From an uncultured delta proteobacterium (GTDB taxonomy: Bacteria; Myxococcota_A; Polyangia; Polyangiales; B10-G4): a DNA stretch of 64,000 nucleotides. A model generated the notes under the pieces. The model saw nothing but the letters and a program-made list of their open reading frames with translations, made no database searches and had not been told where the DNA came from. Positions 29,573-40,392 of this stretch are shown piece by piece. Each line of letters begins with the position of its first letter. Positions within the stretch are counted from its first letter, which is position 1. A program made the position numbers and the translations under genes. The stretch is from the NCBI GenBank assembly GCA_963727445.1, contig CAVSGI010000009.1, forward strand, positions 576,001 through 640,000, in the 5' to 3' direction.

Positions 29573-29838
29573 CAGCGACCGACCTTCTTCTTGAGCGCTT
29601 CGAGCTCGTCTTCAATCTCCCGCTTCTGCTTCGCCTCGGCGCGCGCCTTTTCCTTCGCCGTCTTCTTGGCGGCTTTCTCCTGAGCCCGCCGATCCCGGGC
29701 GTCCTGGATGTCGTCGGCGACCTCTTCCACGTGCGACTCGACGCTCTCCTTGAATTCGTCGACCGCGGAGCGGGCCGCTTCTTTGCCGACTTCCCAGCCG
29801 AAGCCTTCGAGGAGGGCGCGCATCAAGGTCCGCTTCAT
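29572..29838 (-). CDS. Small hypothetical coiled-coil protein
   Basis: GAGGAG before ATG; charged helical C-terminus EIEDELEALKKK. Confidence 0.7.
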   Translation of the reverse strand: MKRTLMRALLEGFGWEVGKEAARSAVDEFKESVESHVEEVADDIQDARDRRAQEKAAKKTAKEKARAEAKQKREIEDELEALKKKVGR

Positions 29839-29889
29839 CTCCTCATCGTACGCGAAGGGGCCGTGCTTCTCCCCGGAGGGCCCTGCGGC

Positions 29890-32800
29890 TCAGTAGCCCT
29901 GCTGGTCGAGCTGCTGTCGGAGCTGCTCCAGGAGCGCTTCGGTCTGGTCGACGGTATCGGCACCGAGCACCGCGGGGCTCCCGGCATCGGGGAGTGGGCC
30001 CAGGTGGGGGCGCTCCATCGAGAAGAGCAGGGCGTCGGCTTCGTCGCGCCAGCGCTGGGGGGCCTCCTCGCCGAGGGTGAGGATCCCCATCACGCGCGCT
30101 TGGCCGCGCAGCTCGGCGTCGAGGAGGTCGAGCCCGCGCTCGAGCCCGGTGGCGTCCTCGCGGAGGCGGACGGGATCGGCCCAGCCCAGCATCAGCTCCG
30201 TGCGCGCATCGCCCACGAGCTCACGCGCCTGGGAGATGAAGGGCGAGGCGTCGCGTCCCGTCTTCAGTGCGAGGGCGATGGTGGACCACACGGTCGTTTG
30301 GTGAATGCCGTCGCTCGGGCTGAGGGCGAAGGCACGCTCGACCAGCGTGGGCGGCGCGCCTTCGGAGGCGGCGGCGAGGCGTAGCAGGGAGTTCGCCATG
30401 TGCGGATCGACGCCATAGGCGTGGTTGACCGCGGCTTCGAGGCGTCCGTCGTCGAGCATGGTGTAGCTGCGGCCGATGCCCTCGTTGGTCCACGTGGCCC
30501 GCTCCTCAATCCCCTGCATCTGCGCCAGGAGCTGCGAGTGTGGCATCAGATCATGCATGGTGGCCGGATTCGGATGGGAGACCGCGCGCCGCACGCGAGC
30601 CAGCTCGACCGCGATCTCGGCTGCGATGTCGGAGCGCATGCGGGCGGCGGTCTCGAGGGCGGTCTGCGCTTCGTCGTAGCGTCCCTCCGCTGCCAGGACC
30701 GAACCGGCCGCGCGCGCGAAGAAGGGGTTGTTCGGAAACTGCTGGTAGCCGGCGACGAACGCGCGGTTCTTCTCCACCTGATCGACCATGCAGCGTGTCT
30801 GCAGATACTCGGCGTCGCCGCCCATCGCGGCCGCGCCCCGCTGGCGCTGGCGCTGGCAGATCTCGGATCGCTCGCCATCGCTTTGCGCGAGATCCTGCTC
30901 CAGGCGAAGCAGCTGCACGTCGCCCGGGCTCTCGGCGATACGCGCCGCCAGAATCTCGGGGAACTCGGGCTCCTCGGAAGCCATGCGCAGCCAGAGGCTG
31001 AGGTGGGTCGAGGTCTCCGCATCCCAGCGCGCGTGCGCGAGGATCACCTCGCGCGGATCCTGCCCCGGGGGCATGGCGGAGAGCTGCGCCGCGGGATCAT
31101 CTCCGGCGACCCCATCGAAGACCAGACGCGTCGTGCCGCTCCCGTTCCCCGAAGCGCTCGAAGGAGGCTCGCTGAAGACGAACCCCGCGTCGGTGGTGGT
31201 GATCCGCGGCGCGCCCATCAGGCGCGGGCCGGGGTCGTACGCGCTGCCGTAGACGGCGGTCCACTCGACGAGCGGCGAAGCAGAGGCGACGTTGTAGACG
31301 TACTGGGCCTGACTGTTGGCGACGTCCGCATCGAAGTCCTCGATGAGCGCGCCTTCGCGGGTGGTGGTGACGATGTGCACCTCTTCGTCCTCGATCTCGA
31401 CCTCGCGGTGCATGCCCGGGCTGAGCGAGAATCTCCTCGTCGCCGATCTCCACGTCCACCGGGCGATCGAGGCCGTTGTAGACGACAATCGAGTGCTCGA
31501 CCGCGGCCACGCCGCCGAGCCAGAAGCCCGCGCCGAGGATCGCACCAGCCACGCAGAAGCGAACGGTGCCGGGGACGATGCCCTCGGCGAGCATGAAGCG
31601 ATCCCAGAGGTCGAGCTTCTTCTGGCGCTTGCGCTCGCGGCCGGGGATCAGGGTGACGTAGTGACCCGGCACCAGCGCGGTGGTCGGCGCCTCGCCGACT
31701 TCGCATTCGCCGCGGGCGCAGCGCGCGATGTGCTCCTCGGTGTCGAGGAGGACCTCGAGGGTGCAGGCGCGGAGCGCGCCGAGGTCGCCGGCGACGGTGA
31801 TGAGCCAGCTGTCGGCGGCCTGCATCCAGTCGCCGATGTTCATCTCGGTCGGAACGCCGAGCCTGAAGTCGCCGAGCGCCTTGGACCAGCTCTCGACGTC
31901 GAGGCGACGGGCGACGGAATCGGGCAGGTAGACCGCCTCCTTCTGTGAGAAGACCCGGGCGAGGGCGTCGTAGGCCTCGGTCGCGGCGGCCACCAACCGT
32001 CGCCGCTCCGCGCTCGAGACGCGGCCGTCGGCGATGACGTGATGGAAGACGTTCAGGAAGTAGCCGTCCACGTCGCGCAGATCGGCCTCGGTGTGCTCTG
32101 CGTAGTGCAGGAGCGCGATCAGGGAACGGTGGTACTCCTCCCATCCGTTGCCGATCTGCCGAGCGGCGTCGCGGTGAAGGCTCCGGCACTGCCGGTCGCG
32201 CGCGAGCACCTTGCTGAGCGCCACGTCCCGCTCGACGTCGACCCTTTCGATGACGCGGCCGAGGTCGCGGCGGCGCACCTCTTCGCCGCGATAGCGCACG
32301 AGGCCACCCGGGGCGGTGAGAAAGCCGTCTTTGAGGGCGATGAGGGTGGCGTGCTCCGAGTCGAGATCGAGCCATCCCTCGATCTCCTCGACCAGCTCGT
32401 CGGGATAGAGATGGACCAGGCGCTCCGGGACGGAGTCGTCGGGCGTCGGATCCGCATCGAAGAGCTGATCGACGGTGGTGGCGTGCTGCGTGATGCCACG
32501 GCCGAGGTAGAGGCCCTTGTAGCGCGTGTCGAGGTAGGTCTTGCCGAAGCTCGAGTCCACCTCGTCGATCGACTCGGCCACCGAGAGCCGCTCGGTCGGC
32601 AGCGGAGCGTCACCGGTGTAGACGTCGAGAGCGTGGGTGGTGAGCTGCCGGCGGGTCTGCTCGGGCTTGGACAGGAGCAGCCAGGCCGAGCGGTCGTCGA
32701 AGGGCGCCGGGATGTAGGTCTTTTTGGCGTTGTCCTCGCGCTCGCGGTTGGGGGGATGGGTGGCCCACATCTTCGGGGGCTGGGCGAAGCGGTCGGGGAA

Positions 32801-33835
32801 GACGCGGTGAGAGGCGCGATCGGTCTCGGGCATGGGCGGCGCGTTGCCGTACGTCTCGTCCGTGGAGATGCGCCGCACCGACTCCAGCATCCGCGTCTGC
32901 ACCGCGAAGAGGTCCTCGATGACCTTGCCGCGCTTGACCTGATTCATGGCGAAGCCGACCGCGCGGCCGTAGGCGTCGTCCGCGCCGTGGAGCTTGTGCA
33001 GGGCGTGCACCAGAGCGTCGCTGCCTGAGAGAGAGACCGACACCAGGTCGGCCTGGAGCTCCATCTCGCGGCTCAGGGCGCGCATCGAGAGCGTCACGAA
33101 GCGGAAGCCGGTGTCGAGGATCGCGCGCACCGACCAGACGAGCAGCTTCATGATCCAGCCGATCCAGGCGATGCGGATGTCGACGCGCGAGATCCCGTTG
33201 AGGAACTTGTCGAAGATCCCGCGCGCCGCGATGATGTTCGCGGCGATCTGCTGCGCGGTGTAGACCCAGCGTCCGACGAGCATCGAGCGCTGCGCGAAGT
33301 GACCGAACTCGTGTGCGAGCACGGCCTTCGTTTCGCCCAGGGTCAACGTGTTGAGGACGCCGAGGCCGATCTCGAGGTTCTTCTTGGAGGGGAAGAGCAG
33401 GTTGAAGAGGGAGAGGTCGTAGAAGACGGCCGCGTTCACGTCGGGGGAGACGAAGACGCGGTTGGGCCGCGGCGCGCCGGCCTCGGCGGCGAGGCGATGC
33501 AGGAACGCGAAGAGCTGCGGCTCGTCTTCCTCGAAGATCTCGACCGCCGCCGGGTTCTGCATGTGCTTGACCGCGAAGAGTCCCCGAACGAGGAAGGCGA
33601 AGAGAAAGGCGAGAGGGGTGGCCTTGAGGGCGCCGATGAAGACGTGGCCGCTCATGAAGCCGTCGCGCACCAGGCGGAAGGACGTGTAGCCGAGCCAGCC
33701 GGTGAGCGAGAAGTAGAGGATGATGAACCCGATCAGCGCGAGCACGGCCAGCCAAGCGTGGAGCTTGAAGCGGCGCGTGGGCCGGGTGAGGTCGGCGGGG
33801 ACCTTCGCCGGGCCCTTGGGGTAGAGCGGGTTCAT
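29890..33835 (-). CDS. M48-family zinc metallopeptidase with long C-terminal extension (~1310 aa); apparent +1 frameshift at ~31432
   Basis: N-terminal TMs; VNAAV, AHEFGHF, REMELQAD, THPP..R. ORFs 31097-33841 and 29890-31545 join at DE(R)FSLSPGMHREV. Confidence 0.85.
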
Positions 33836-33952
33836 CGACACTCCTTTGTTGAGAATCGGGCCCGCACAGCACCCGAACGCGGGTCGTCGCGTCGGGATAC
33901 GACGCTCGGACGCTTCAAATTCCCCGACGAGCGACTGGGGCGCAAGGCAAGC

Positions 33953-35332
33953 CTAGCGGCGCCGGCGGATCGCGATCAGCAGCAGGAGCGAGAGCGCGAT
34001 GGGGGCTGGCAGGCTGGGCGCGCCCGTCGCGGAGCAGCCACCTTCGAGCCCATCGCTGTAGGGCGACGCGGCCGGGGGCGCTCCGCTGCCCGTCCCCGTG
34101 CTTCCGGTGCCCGTCCCCGTGCCCATGGTGCCGCCGCCGGGGCTGCACACGCTCATGCCGCCGCCGACGGGCTCACAACTGAAGCCGCTGGGACACCCGC
34201 TGGTGCCGTCGCAGAGCTGGGTGCAGAAGGTCTGGTCGCTCCCCGAGTCCACGGCGCAGAGCCCCGAGTCGCAGTCCGCGTTGCCTTCGCATGCGTCGCC
34301 GAGGGCGCCGCCAGGCACGGGCACGCACTGCGCGTCGGCGTTGCAGAGCTCGGAGGAAGCGCAGTCGCGGCTGGTGGTGCACTCGCCGGTGGTGGGATCG
34401 GGCGTCCCGCCGGTGGTGGGATCGGGCGAGGTGCTACCGGCTTCGATCGCGCAGGTGGCCGCGCCGTCGCTCGGGCGGCGCCGGATGCAGCGCCGCGATC
34501 CGTCGGAGACCGCCTCGCAGCTCTCGTTGCTGCCGCCGCAGTCGGCGTCGGTGGAGCACCCGTTGCCGCAGTGCCCGCTGCCGTCCGGGTACTGGAGACA
34601 CACGCCGCTGCACGCCGAGTCGGAGGTGCAGGCGTCGCAGGTGCCGCCAGTGCCGCTGACCGGCGCTTCGTCGACGCACATGCCGGACGTGTCGCAGACC
34701 TGACCGGTGGGACAGCCCGTGGTGGTGCAGTCGGTCGTCCCGCCGCCGCCACCCGGGTAGAGCGCGCAGATGCCGGCTTCGTCGTCGGGGCTGATCATCA
34801 GCACACCGCCGCTGTAGGCGTAGTACATCGCCGCGCGCGAATCCATGGAGTGCCCGAGGCCGTGATAGTGGCCGCCTTCGTGAAGCACGATCGAGTACGC
34901 GTTCACCGTGGTGCCCGAGCCGGGCGCCGTGGTCCAGACGAAGTCGATGCCGTTCAGCTCCATCGAGGCATCCACGATCGTCGAGCCGGTGAAGCGCGGC
35001 GTCGTCACGCCGATGGCGTTGGGGTCGTAGGGCCAGGTGCCGGAGTCGTGCCATCCGATCACGTTCCGCGACCCGACCGCGGAGCCGGAGGAGCCCTGGT
35101 ATTCGGTGGTGAGCGCGCTGCAGCTCACGCGCGTCCAGTCGTCGAGGCCCTGTCGCACGACGGACTCGCTCGCGGCGAAGCCGCCCAGGTCCGCGGAGCC
35201 CGCGGAGTTGAGGGAGTAGGGAACCGTCCCCGTCCAATGCGGGTTCGAGGAGTCGAGCCCCTGCCAGGCCGAAGCCACCCCGGACGCGCCGAGGACGACG
35301 CCGAGCGAAACGATGAAGAGCGCGCGCTTCAT
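33953..35332 (-). CDS. Matrixin (M10)-family metalloprotease with Cys-rich repeats and MYXO-CTERM tail
   Basis: HEGGHYHGLGHS, Met-turn AMYYAY; C-terminal GGCSAT..LLLLIAIRRRR. Confidence 0.9.
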   Translation of the reverse strand: MKRALFIVSLGVVLGASGVASAWQGLDSSNPHWTGTVPYSLNSAGSADLGGFAASESVVRQGLDDWTRVSCSALTTEYQGSSGSAVGSRNVIGWHDSGTWPYDPNAIGVTTPRFTGSTIVDASMELNGIDFVWTTAPGSGTTVNAYSIVLHEGGHYHGLGHSMDSRAAMYYAYSGGVLMISPDDEAGICALYPGGGGGTTDCTTTGCPTGQVCDTSGMCVDEAPVSGTGGTCDACTSDSACSGVCLQYPDGSGHCGNGCSTDADCGGSNESCEAVSDGSRRCIRRRPSDGAATCAIEAGSTSPDPTTGGTPDPTTGECTTSRDCASSELCNADAQCVPVPGGALGDACEGNADCDSGLCAVDSGSDQTFCTQLCDGTSGCPSGFSCEPVGGGMSVCSPGGGTMGTGTGTGSTGTGSGAPPAASPYSDGLEGGCSATGAPSLPAPIALSLLLLIAIRRRR

Positions 35333-35907
35333 GGACGCACCGAAAGAACGCTCTCGATGCGCGCGACGAGCGCGTCGAACGCCATGGTCTGTGGACCAGG
35401 GCCGTCGAGATCCTGAACCTGCATCGCGCCGCCACCCCAGCGTGCGAAGGCGATGTCGCCGAGGTCGCGCGTGGCGAGGGTCGGCCCGTCGACGGCTGCG
35501 CGGAGGGTGAACTTGCCCTGCGCCATGCCGTAGGTTCGGTAGCGGCCGGCCTCGTCGCGGCGGAGGAAGACCAGGACGCGCTCGCCAGCGCGATACTCGG
35601 GGGTGCCCGCGACCCGGACCTCGGTGCCCTGGAAGTCGCCGCCCAGCTCCTCGATCTTCACCTCGTCACCGCCGCTGCCGTGGATGAAGCGCTCGACGCG
35701 GATGGTGGAGACGGTCCAGGGCATCGGCTCGGGGCCCGAGAGCTCGAGGCGGACGTTCACTCGATCGACCCGGCCGACCACGATGGCGTCGGCGACGAAG
35801 GCCATGTCGTCGATGGGAACCTCCACCATGACGGTGGCAAGAGCCGGCGTAGCAAGCCCGAGAGCGAGTGCGACGGCCACGAGGGGGAGCATGGACCGGG
35901 GCGACAT
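35329..35907 (-). CDS. Secreted hypothetical protein translationally coupled to the matrixin gene
   Basis: Signal peptide ALA-T; ADAIVVGRV..GG..VAGTPEYRAGERVLVFL..GMAQGKF; 4-bp overlap. Confidence 0.8.
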   Translation of the reverse strand: MSPRSMLPLVAVALALGLATPALATVMVEVPIDDMAFVADAIVVGRVDRVNVRLELSGPEPMPWTVSTIRVERFIHGSGGDEVKIEELGGDFQGTEVRVAGTPEYRAGERVLVFLRRDEAGRYRTYGMAQGKFTLRAAVDGPTLATRDLGDIAFARWGGGAMQVQDLDGPGPQTMAFDALVARIESVLSVRP

Positions 35908-35920
35908 GGCCGGGAGCTGA

Positions 35921-35936
35921 CGCAACCGCCATGCCT
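35921..35936 (-). promoter_or_regulatory. Putative sigma54 promoter of the protease operon
   Basis: Minus strand AGGCATGGCGGTTGCG (GG-N10-GC with TTGC); 14 nt between the -12 C and ATG 35907. Confidence 0.55.
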
Positions 35937-36039
35937 GAATTTCGATCACGGAATCACTTTGGTTTTCCCGCTGAGCTCCCGATTGTCAGGAGCCTGGAGC
36001 GCGTCTCGTTCCCCTGGTGGCGTTACAGTCCCCACCTCC

Positions 36040-36188
36040 CTAGCACTACTTGATCAGGGCCACGGCGGCATTTCCGAGCGCTCTCGCGCTCCTCGAAAGG
36101 GGGAGCACCCTGTCTTCGTCTCGCGAAAGCACTCGAAAACCCCTGCTCGGCGCGATCATCCGCCGCCACCCTAATCAAGTAGTACTAG
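36040..36188. mobile_element. Putative 149-bp MITE with CTAG flanks and 16-bp imperfect terminal inverted repeats
   Basis: CTAG-CACTACTTGATCAGGG ... CCCTAATCAAGTAGTA-CTAG (18/20 complementary); no ORF inside; intergenic. Confidence 0.6.
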
Positions 36189-36197
36189 AGTCCCCTC

Positions 36198-38120
36198 GTG
36201 CTCCCCGAGCGCGTACAGCAGAAGCTGGACACCCTGCCCACCTCCCCCGGCGTGTACGTCTTCCGCGCGCCGGACGAAGCGGTGCTCTACGTGGGGAAGG
36301 CCCGCAGCCTTCGGAGCCGGGTTCGGAGCTATTTCACACCCTCGGTCAGCGACGAGCGGTACTTCATCCCCGAGCTCGCCGACACCATCGGCGACCTCGA
36401 GACCTTCGTCGTCGAGACGGAAAAGGAGGCCGCGCTCCTCGAAAACCAGCTCATCAAGGAGCTGAGGCCCCGCTACAACGTCAAGCTTCGCGACGACAAG
36501 GATTACCTCTCGCTCAGGCTGAAGACCGGCGCCGCGTGGCCGCGTCTCGAGGTGGTCAGGCGACCCAAGCCGGACGGCGCGCGCTACTTCGGCCCGTACC
36601 ACTCCGCCACCGCCGCGCGTCAGACGCTGCGCCTGGTCAACCGCTTCTTTCAGCTCCGCACCTGCACCGACGCCGACTTCAGGTCGCGTGCGCGACCTTG
36701 CCTGCAGTATCAGATCAAGCGCTGCCCGGCGCCCTGCGTGAAGGAGGTCGACCGCGCGGAGTACGGCGAGCAGGTGCGCCTCGTGGGTCTCTTCCTCGAC
36801 GGGCGCCACGACGAGCTCGTGCGTGATTTGCAGTCGAAGATGGGCGACGCATCGAAGGAGCTCGAGTTCGAGCTCGCGGCCACGTATCGCGACCAGCTCC
36901 GGGCGGTGGAGCGCGTGCGAGAGGAGCAGCGCGTCTCGGTGGTCAAGGACGTCGACCAGGACGTGATCGGGCTCTACCGCCAGGGCGATCAAGCGGAGGT
37001 CGCGGTGCTCATGGTCCGCGAGGGGAAGCTGGTCGGGGTGCGCACCTACGACCTGAAACGTTCGGCGCTGCCCGACGAGGAGCTGGTCGCGTCGTTCCTC
37101 GCCGAGTACTACGACGAAGGGACGTTCGTCCCGGCCGAGGTGCTCCTCGAGCGCGAGATCGACGCGATGGACGGGCTCGCCGAGCTCCTCTCGGATCGCC
37201 GCGGCACCAAGGTCAGCCTGGTGGTGCCGCAGCGCGGCGCGCGCAAGAAGCTCGTCAGCATGGCCCTCGACAACGCTGCGCACGCCTTCCGGGAGAAGCA
37301 GCGCGAACGTGAGGACGTCGCCGAGCGCCTCGGTCAGCTGGTCAAGCGGCTGCGCCTGCCGCGCGTGCCGCATCGCATCGAGTGCATCGACGTTTCCCAC
37401 ATCGGAGGCGAAGACACGGTGGCGGTGATCGTCGCGCTCTGTGACGGCGCACCCGACAAGAAGCGCTACCGAAGCTTCGTGGTCAAGAAGGCCACGCCCG
37501 GCGACGACTACGGCGCGATGTTCGAGGTGCTCGGGCGTCGCTTCGCCCGCGGGCAGAAGCGCGAAGCGGGCTGGGAGCTCCCGGATCTGATGGTCGTCGA
37601 TGGAGGTAAGGGGCAGCTCGGGGTCGCGATGGCGGCGCTCCGGGACCTGGGCATCGAGGACCAGCCGGTCGTCGCCCTCGCCAAGGAGAAGGAGAACGTC
37701 CTCGGCGACAAGCTCGTGGATCGCGTTTACGTGCCCGGCGCCAAGAACGCCATCGCCGTGCGCGAGTCGAGCGCCCTTCGCATCCTGGCCCTCGCGCGCG
37801 ACGAAGCCCACCGCGCCAGCAACGCGCTTCGTGAGAAGCGCGGGAAGAAGCGGCGATTCAAGAGCGAGCTCGACGGCGTGCCCGGCGTCGGTCCGAAGAC
37901 GCGCGCCAAGCTCCTCGAGCGGCTCGGTTCGCTCGAGCAGGTTCGACTCGCCAGCGCCGAGGCCCTGGTGAAGGCGGGCGCCACGCGGAAGCAGGCCCTC
38001 GCCATTCGTCGCGCCCTCGGGCGTCCGGGAGAGGCCCGCGAAGCGGAGGACCAGGCGGTGGACAACGCCTTCGACTCGGAGGAGGAGGCGCCTTCCGCTC
38101 CGCCGCCGGACCCGAGCTGA
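36198..38120 (+). CDS. uvrC: Excinuclease ABC subunit C
   Basis: PGVY..LYVGKA..LRSRV (GIY-YIG), PRYNV, RIECIDVSH, PDLMVVDGGKGQL, RDEAHR, HhH GVGPK. Confidence 0.97.
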   Translation: MLPERVQQKLDTLPTSPGVYVFRAPDEAVLYVGKARSLRSRVRSYFTPSVSDERYFIPELADTIGDLETFVVETEKEAALLENQLIKELRPRYNVKLRDDKDYLSLRLKTGAAWPRLEVVRRPKPDGARYFGPYHSATAARQTLRLVNRFFQLRTCTDADFRSRARPCLQYQIKRCPAPCVKEVDRAEYGEQVRLVGLFLDGRHDELVRDLQSKMGDASKELEFELAATYRDQLRAVERVREEQRVSVVKDVDQDVIGLYRQGDQAEVAVLMVREGKLVGVRTYDLKRSALPDEELVASFLAEYYDEGTFVPAEVLLEREIDAMDGLAELLSDRRGTKVSLVVPQRGARKKLVSMALDNAAHAFREKQREREDVAERLGQLVKRLRLPRVPHRIECIDVSHIGGEDTVAVIVALCDGAPDKKRYRSFVVKKATPGDDYGAMFEVLGRRFARGQKREAGWELPDLMVVDGGKGQLGVAMAALRDLGIEDQPVVALAKEKENVLGDKLVDRVYVPGAKNAIAVRESSALRILALARDEAHRASNALREKRGKKRRFKSELDGVPGVGPKTRAKLLERLGSLEQVRLASAEALVKAGATRKQALAIRRALGRPGEAREAEDQAVDNAFDSEEEAPSAPPPDPS

Positions 38121-38138
38121 GGCCCGGCGGGGGTCGGG

Positions 38139-40341
38139 TCAGCGGCGTCGCCGCCGACCCAGCCACACGAGCATCATGATCGCCAACGCGAAGGTCGCGG
38201 CGCCGTTCCCGGCACCGACCGCGCGGCAGCCGCAGCCGCCGTCGTCCATGCCGCCCGTTCCGCCGTCGCCGCCCCCGCCATCGCCAGTGCCCCCGTCGCC
38301 CCCGGCTCCGGGGCCGACCGTGACCATGTGACTCGCGCGCGCCTCTCGCGTTCCGCTGTAGCTCAGGACCGCGTCGAAGGTGAAGCTGCCCTCGGCGGTG
38401 AAGCTCGCGGTGATGGTGCGAGTGCCGCTGGCCGCGGCCGCGACGTCGCCCAGGTCCCAGCCGATCGTGTCGCCCATCATCGTGCCGCCCATGTCGTAGT
38501 CGCTCACCGTCAGACCCGCGGGAATGGTCACGGTCAAGGTCGACGCGACGGCGGCGGCACTTCCGGAGTTGGTGTACTGCACGGTGAACGTCTCGTCGGT
38601 CGGGAGCGCGGCGCTGTCGATGCCTCGGACGCCGGTCCAGCTGAGCGCGACGTTCGGACCCGTGCCCATGAGCCCACCGGTGACGCAGTCCGCCTCGAAG
38701 AGCGCGTTCAAGAAGAGCCGGGTGCCTTGGCTGTCCGGGTTGCCGCTGATCGGCGTGTCGGTCGCGTAGCGGTGACCGCCGAGGTAGCTGACCTTGCCGA
38801 AGTTGCACATGTCCGGCGTGGCGAACTCGTCGTAGCCGACGATGTCGCACTCGCCGTCGACGAAGCCGGTCATCCAGAAGATCCTGGTCGCCGGGCCCAT
38901 CGGGGCCGGTGATGAAGGTGACGTCGAGGTCGTTCTTGTATTCGGATCCGAGGAAGGTGCTCAGATTGTAGGCGGGCTCGCTGCCGCCGACGGTCCCGTA
39001 GGCGCCGTCGAGCTGGTTGTAGGGCACCTGGGGGTTGAGGACCTGCAGCGTGTTCTCGTCCGGCCGGTCGGCGATGAGGAAGCCTGCACCCTGCTCCTTG
39101 ACGTCCCGAGGCATGCAGCAGTCGCGGGTGCCTCCATCGCAGCCGTTCGTCACGCACTGGTAGTCGCCGCCGTCGGTAGCGCCGTCACACGGGCAATCGG
39201 GCGGCGTGCCGATGGTGGTCAGGAAGTGTCCGAGACGGTCGTCGTCGTCGAGGTACGGCCAGTCCGGGTTGGGGACGGTGTTCTCGTAGGCGTTGACCGC
39301 CTGGCACTCCGCGAAGAAGTGCGTGGGGAAGGAGAGGAACTGCCGCACCTCGGCCACCACCTCGTGGCCGTGGTAGGTGAAGGTCTCGCCGCTGCAATCC
39401 GCCTGGGTCGCGGGGCAGCCGCCCCCGTCGCACTCGACCGTCTCCCGGTCGTTGACGCCCCAGTGCATGCTCATGATCTGGCAGTAGGCCGGGGACCCGT
39501 CGGCGGCGAAGAGTGCGCCGTTGCGGTGATCGGTGTTGGGGGCGTCGCACGTCCCCATGTCGCCCATGATCGCGACGACGCTGAGCATGTCGGGGTTGTC
39601 GGTGCCCGGACCGCAGATGGACGGGTCGGTGCAGCGCCCGGTGGGGAACTCGTTGCCGTTGGATTGCGGGATGCCGGCGGCGCGCAGGTATCCGGTGGCG
39701 ATGTCTTCGTTGCCGTCGGAGAACACCGCGATGGTCGGCGCCTGAATCATCTCCTTCTTCACGTAGCCGTCGAACGACTCCGTCGCCTCGTGCACGGACA
39801 CCACGGAGAACTCGGTGCGTTGCGCCCAGGGATTCGCATCCCAGGCGCTCATGTCGTTCCACGCGTCTGCGATGGCGCGCGCCTCGTCCGCCTGCGACGC
39901 GTCGACCACGAAGGGCCCCCCGCGATAGCCGTGGCGGGTGATCATCGCCCCGGGCGAGAGCACCCCTTCGCCGTCCCAATGCACCATCGCGCCCGCGTAG
40001 AAGTCGGGGCTCGCCGTCGGGTAGCTGCACTTCACGCCGGAGCCCTCCTCGGCGCAGTCCCAGCCGCATTCGTCGGAGACGGTGTCGCAGGGTGCCGAGT
40101 GCCACGTCTTGTCGGGGTCGATCACCCAGTAGACGGTGATCCCCTGGTCGAGGAGCTGAAAGACCAGGCCGTAGGCCTGGAGCATCCCCTTGTCCTGATA
40201 AGCGAGATCCATGGGGATGATCAGGCTCCCGGCCTCGAAGGTGCGGTCGTAGCCGGCGTGGGCCGAGGTGGGGAGGAGGGCCACGAGACCGGCGAGGCTC
40301 AGACCGAGAAGGGCTCCGAGGGAGAAACGACGACAGGGCAT
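38139..40341 (-). CDS. Large secreted Cys-containing protein with Ig-like domain and MYXO-CTERM tail (~730 aa); apparent +1 frameshift at ~38880
   Basis: Signal peptide AHA-G; GSLIIPMD..AYGLV; frames join at GDQD(L)WMTG; tail GGCGCRAV..VWLGRRRRR. Confidence 0.8.
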
Positions 40342-40392
40342 GGGTACATTGTACCGAAACGACCAACGGGGGAGCCATGAGGGAAAACCCCC

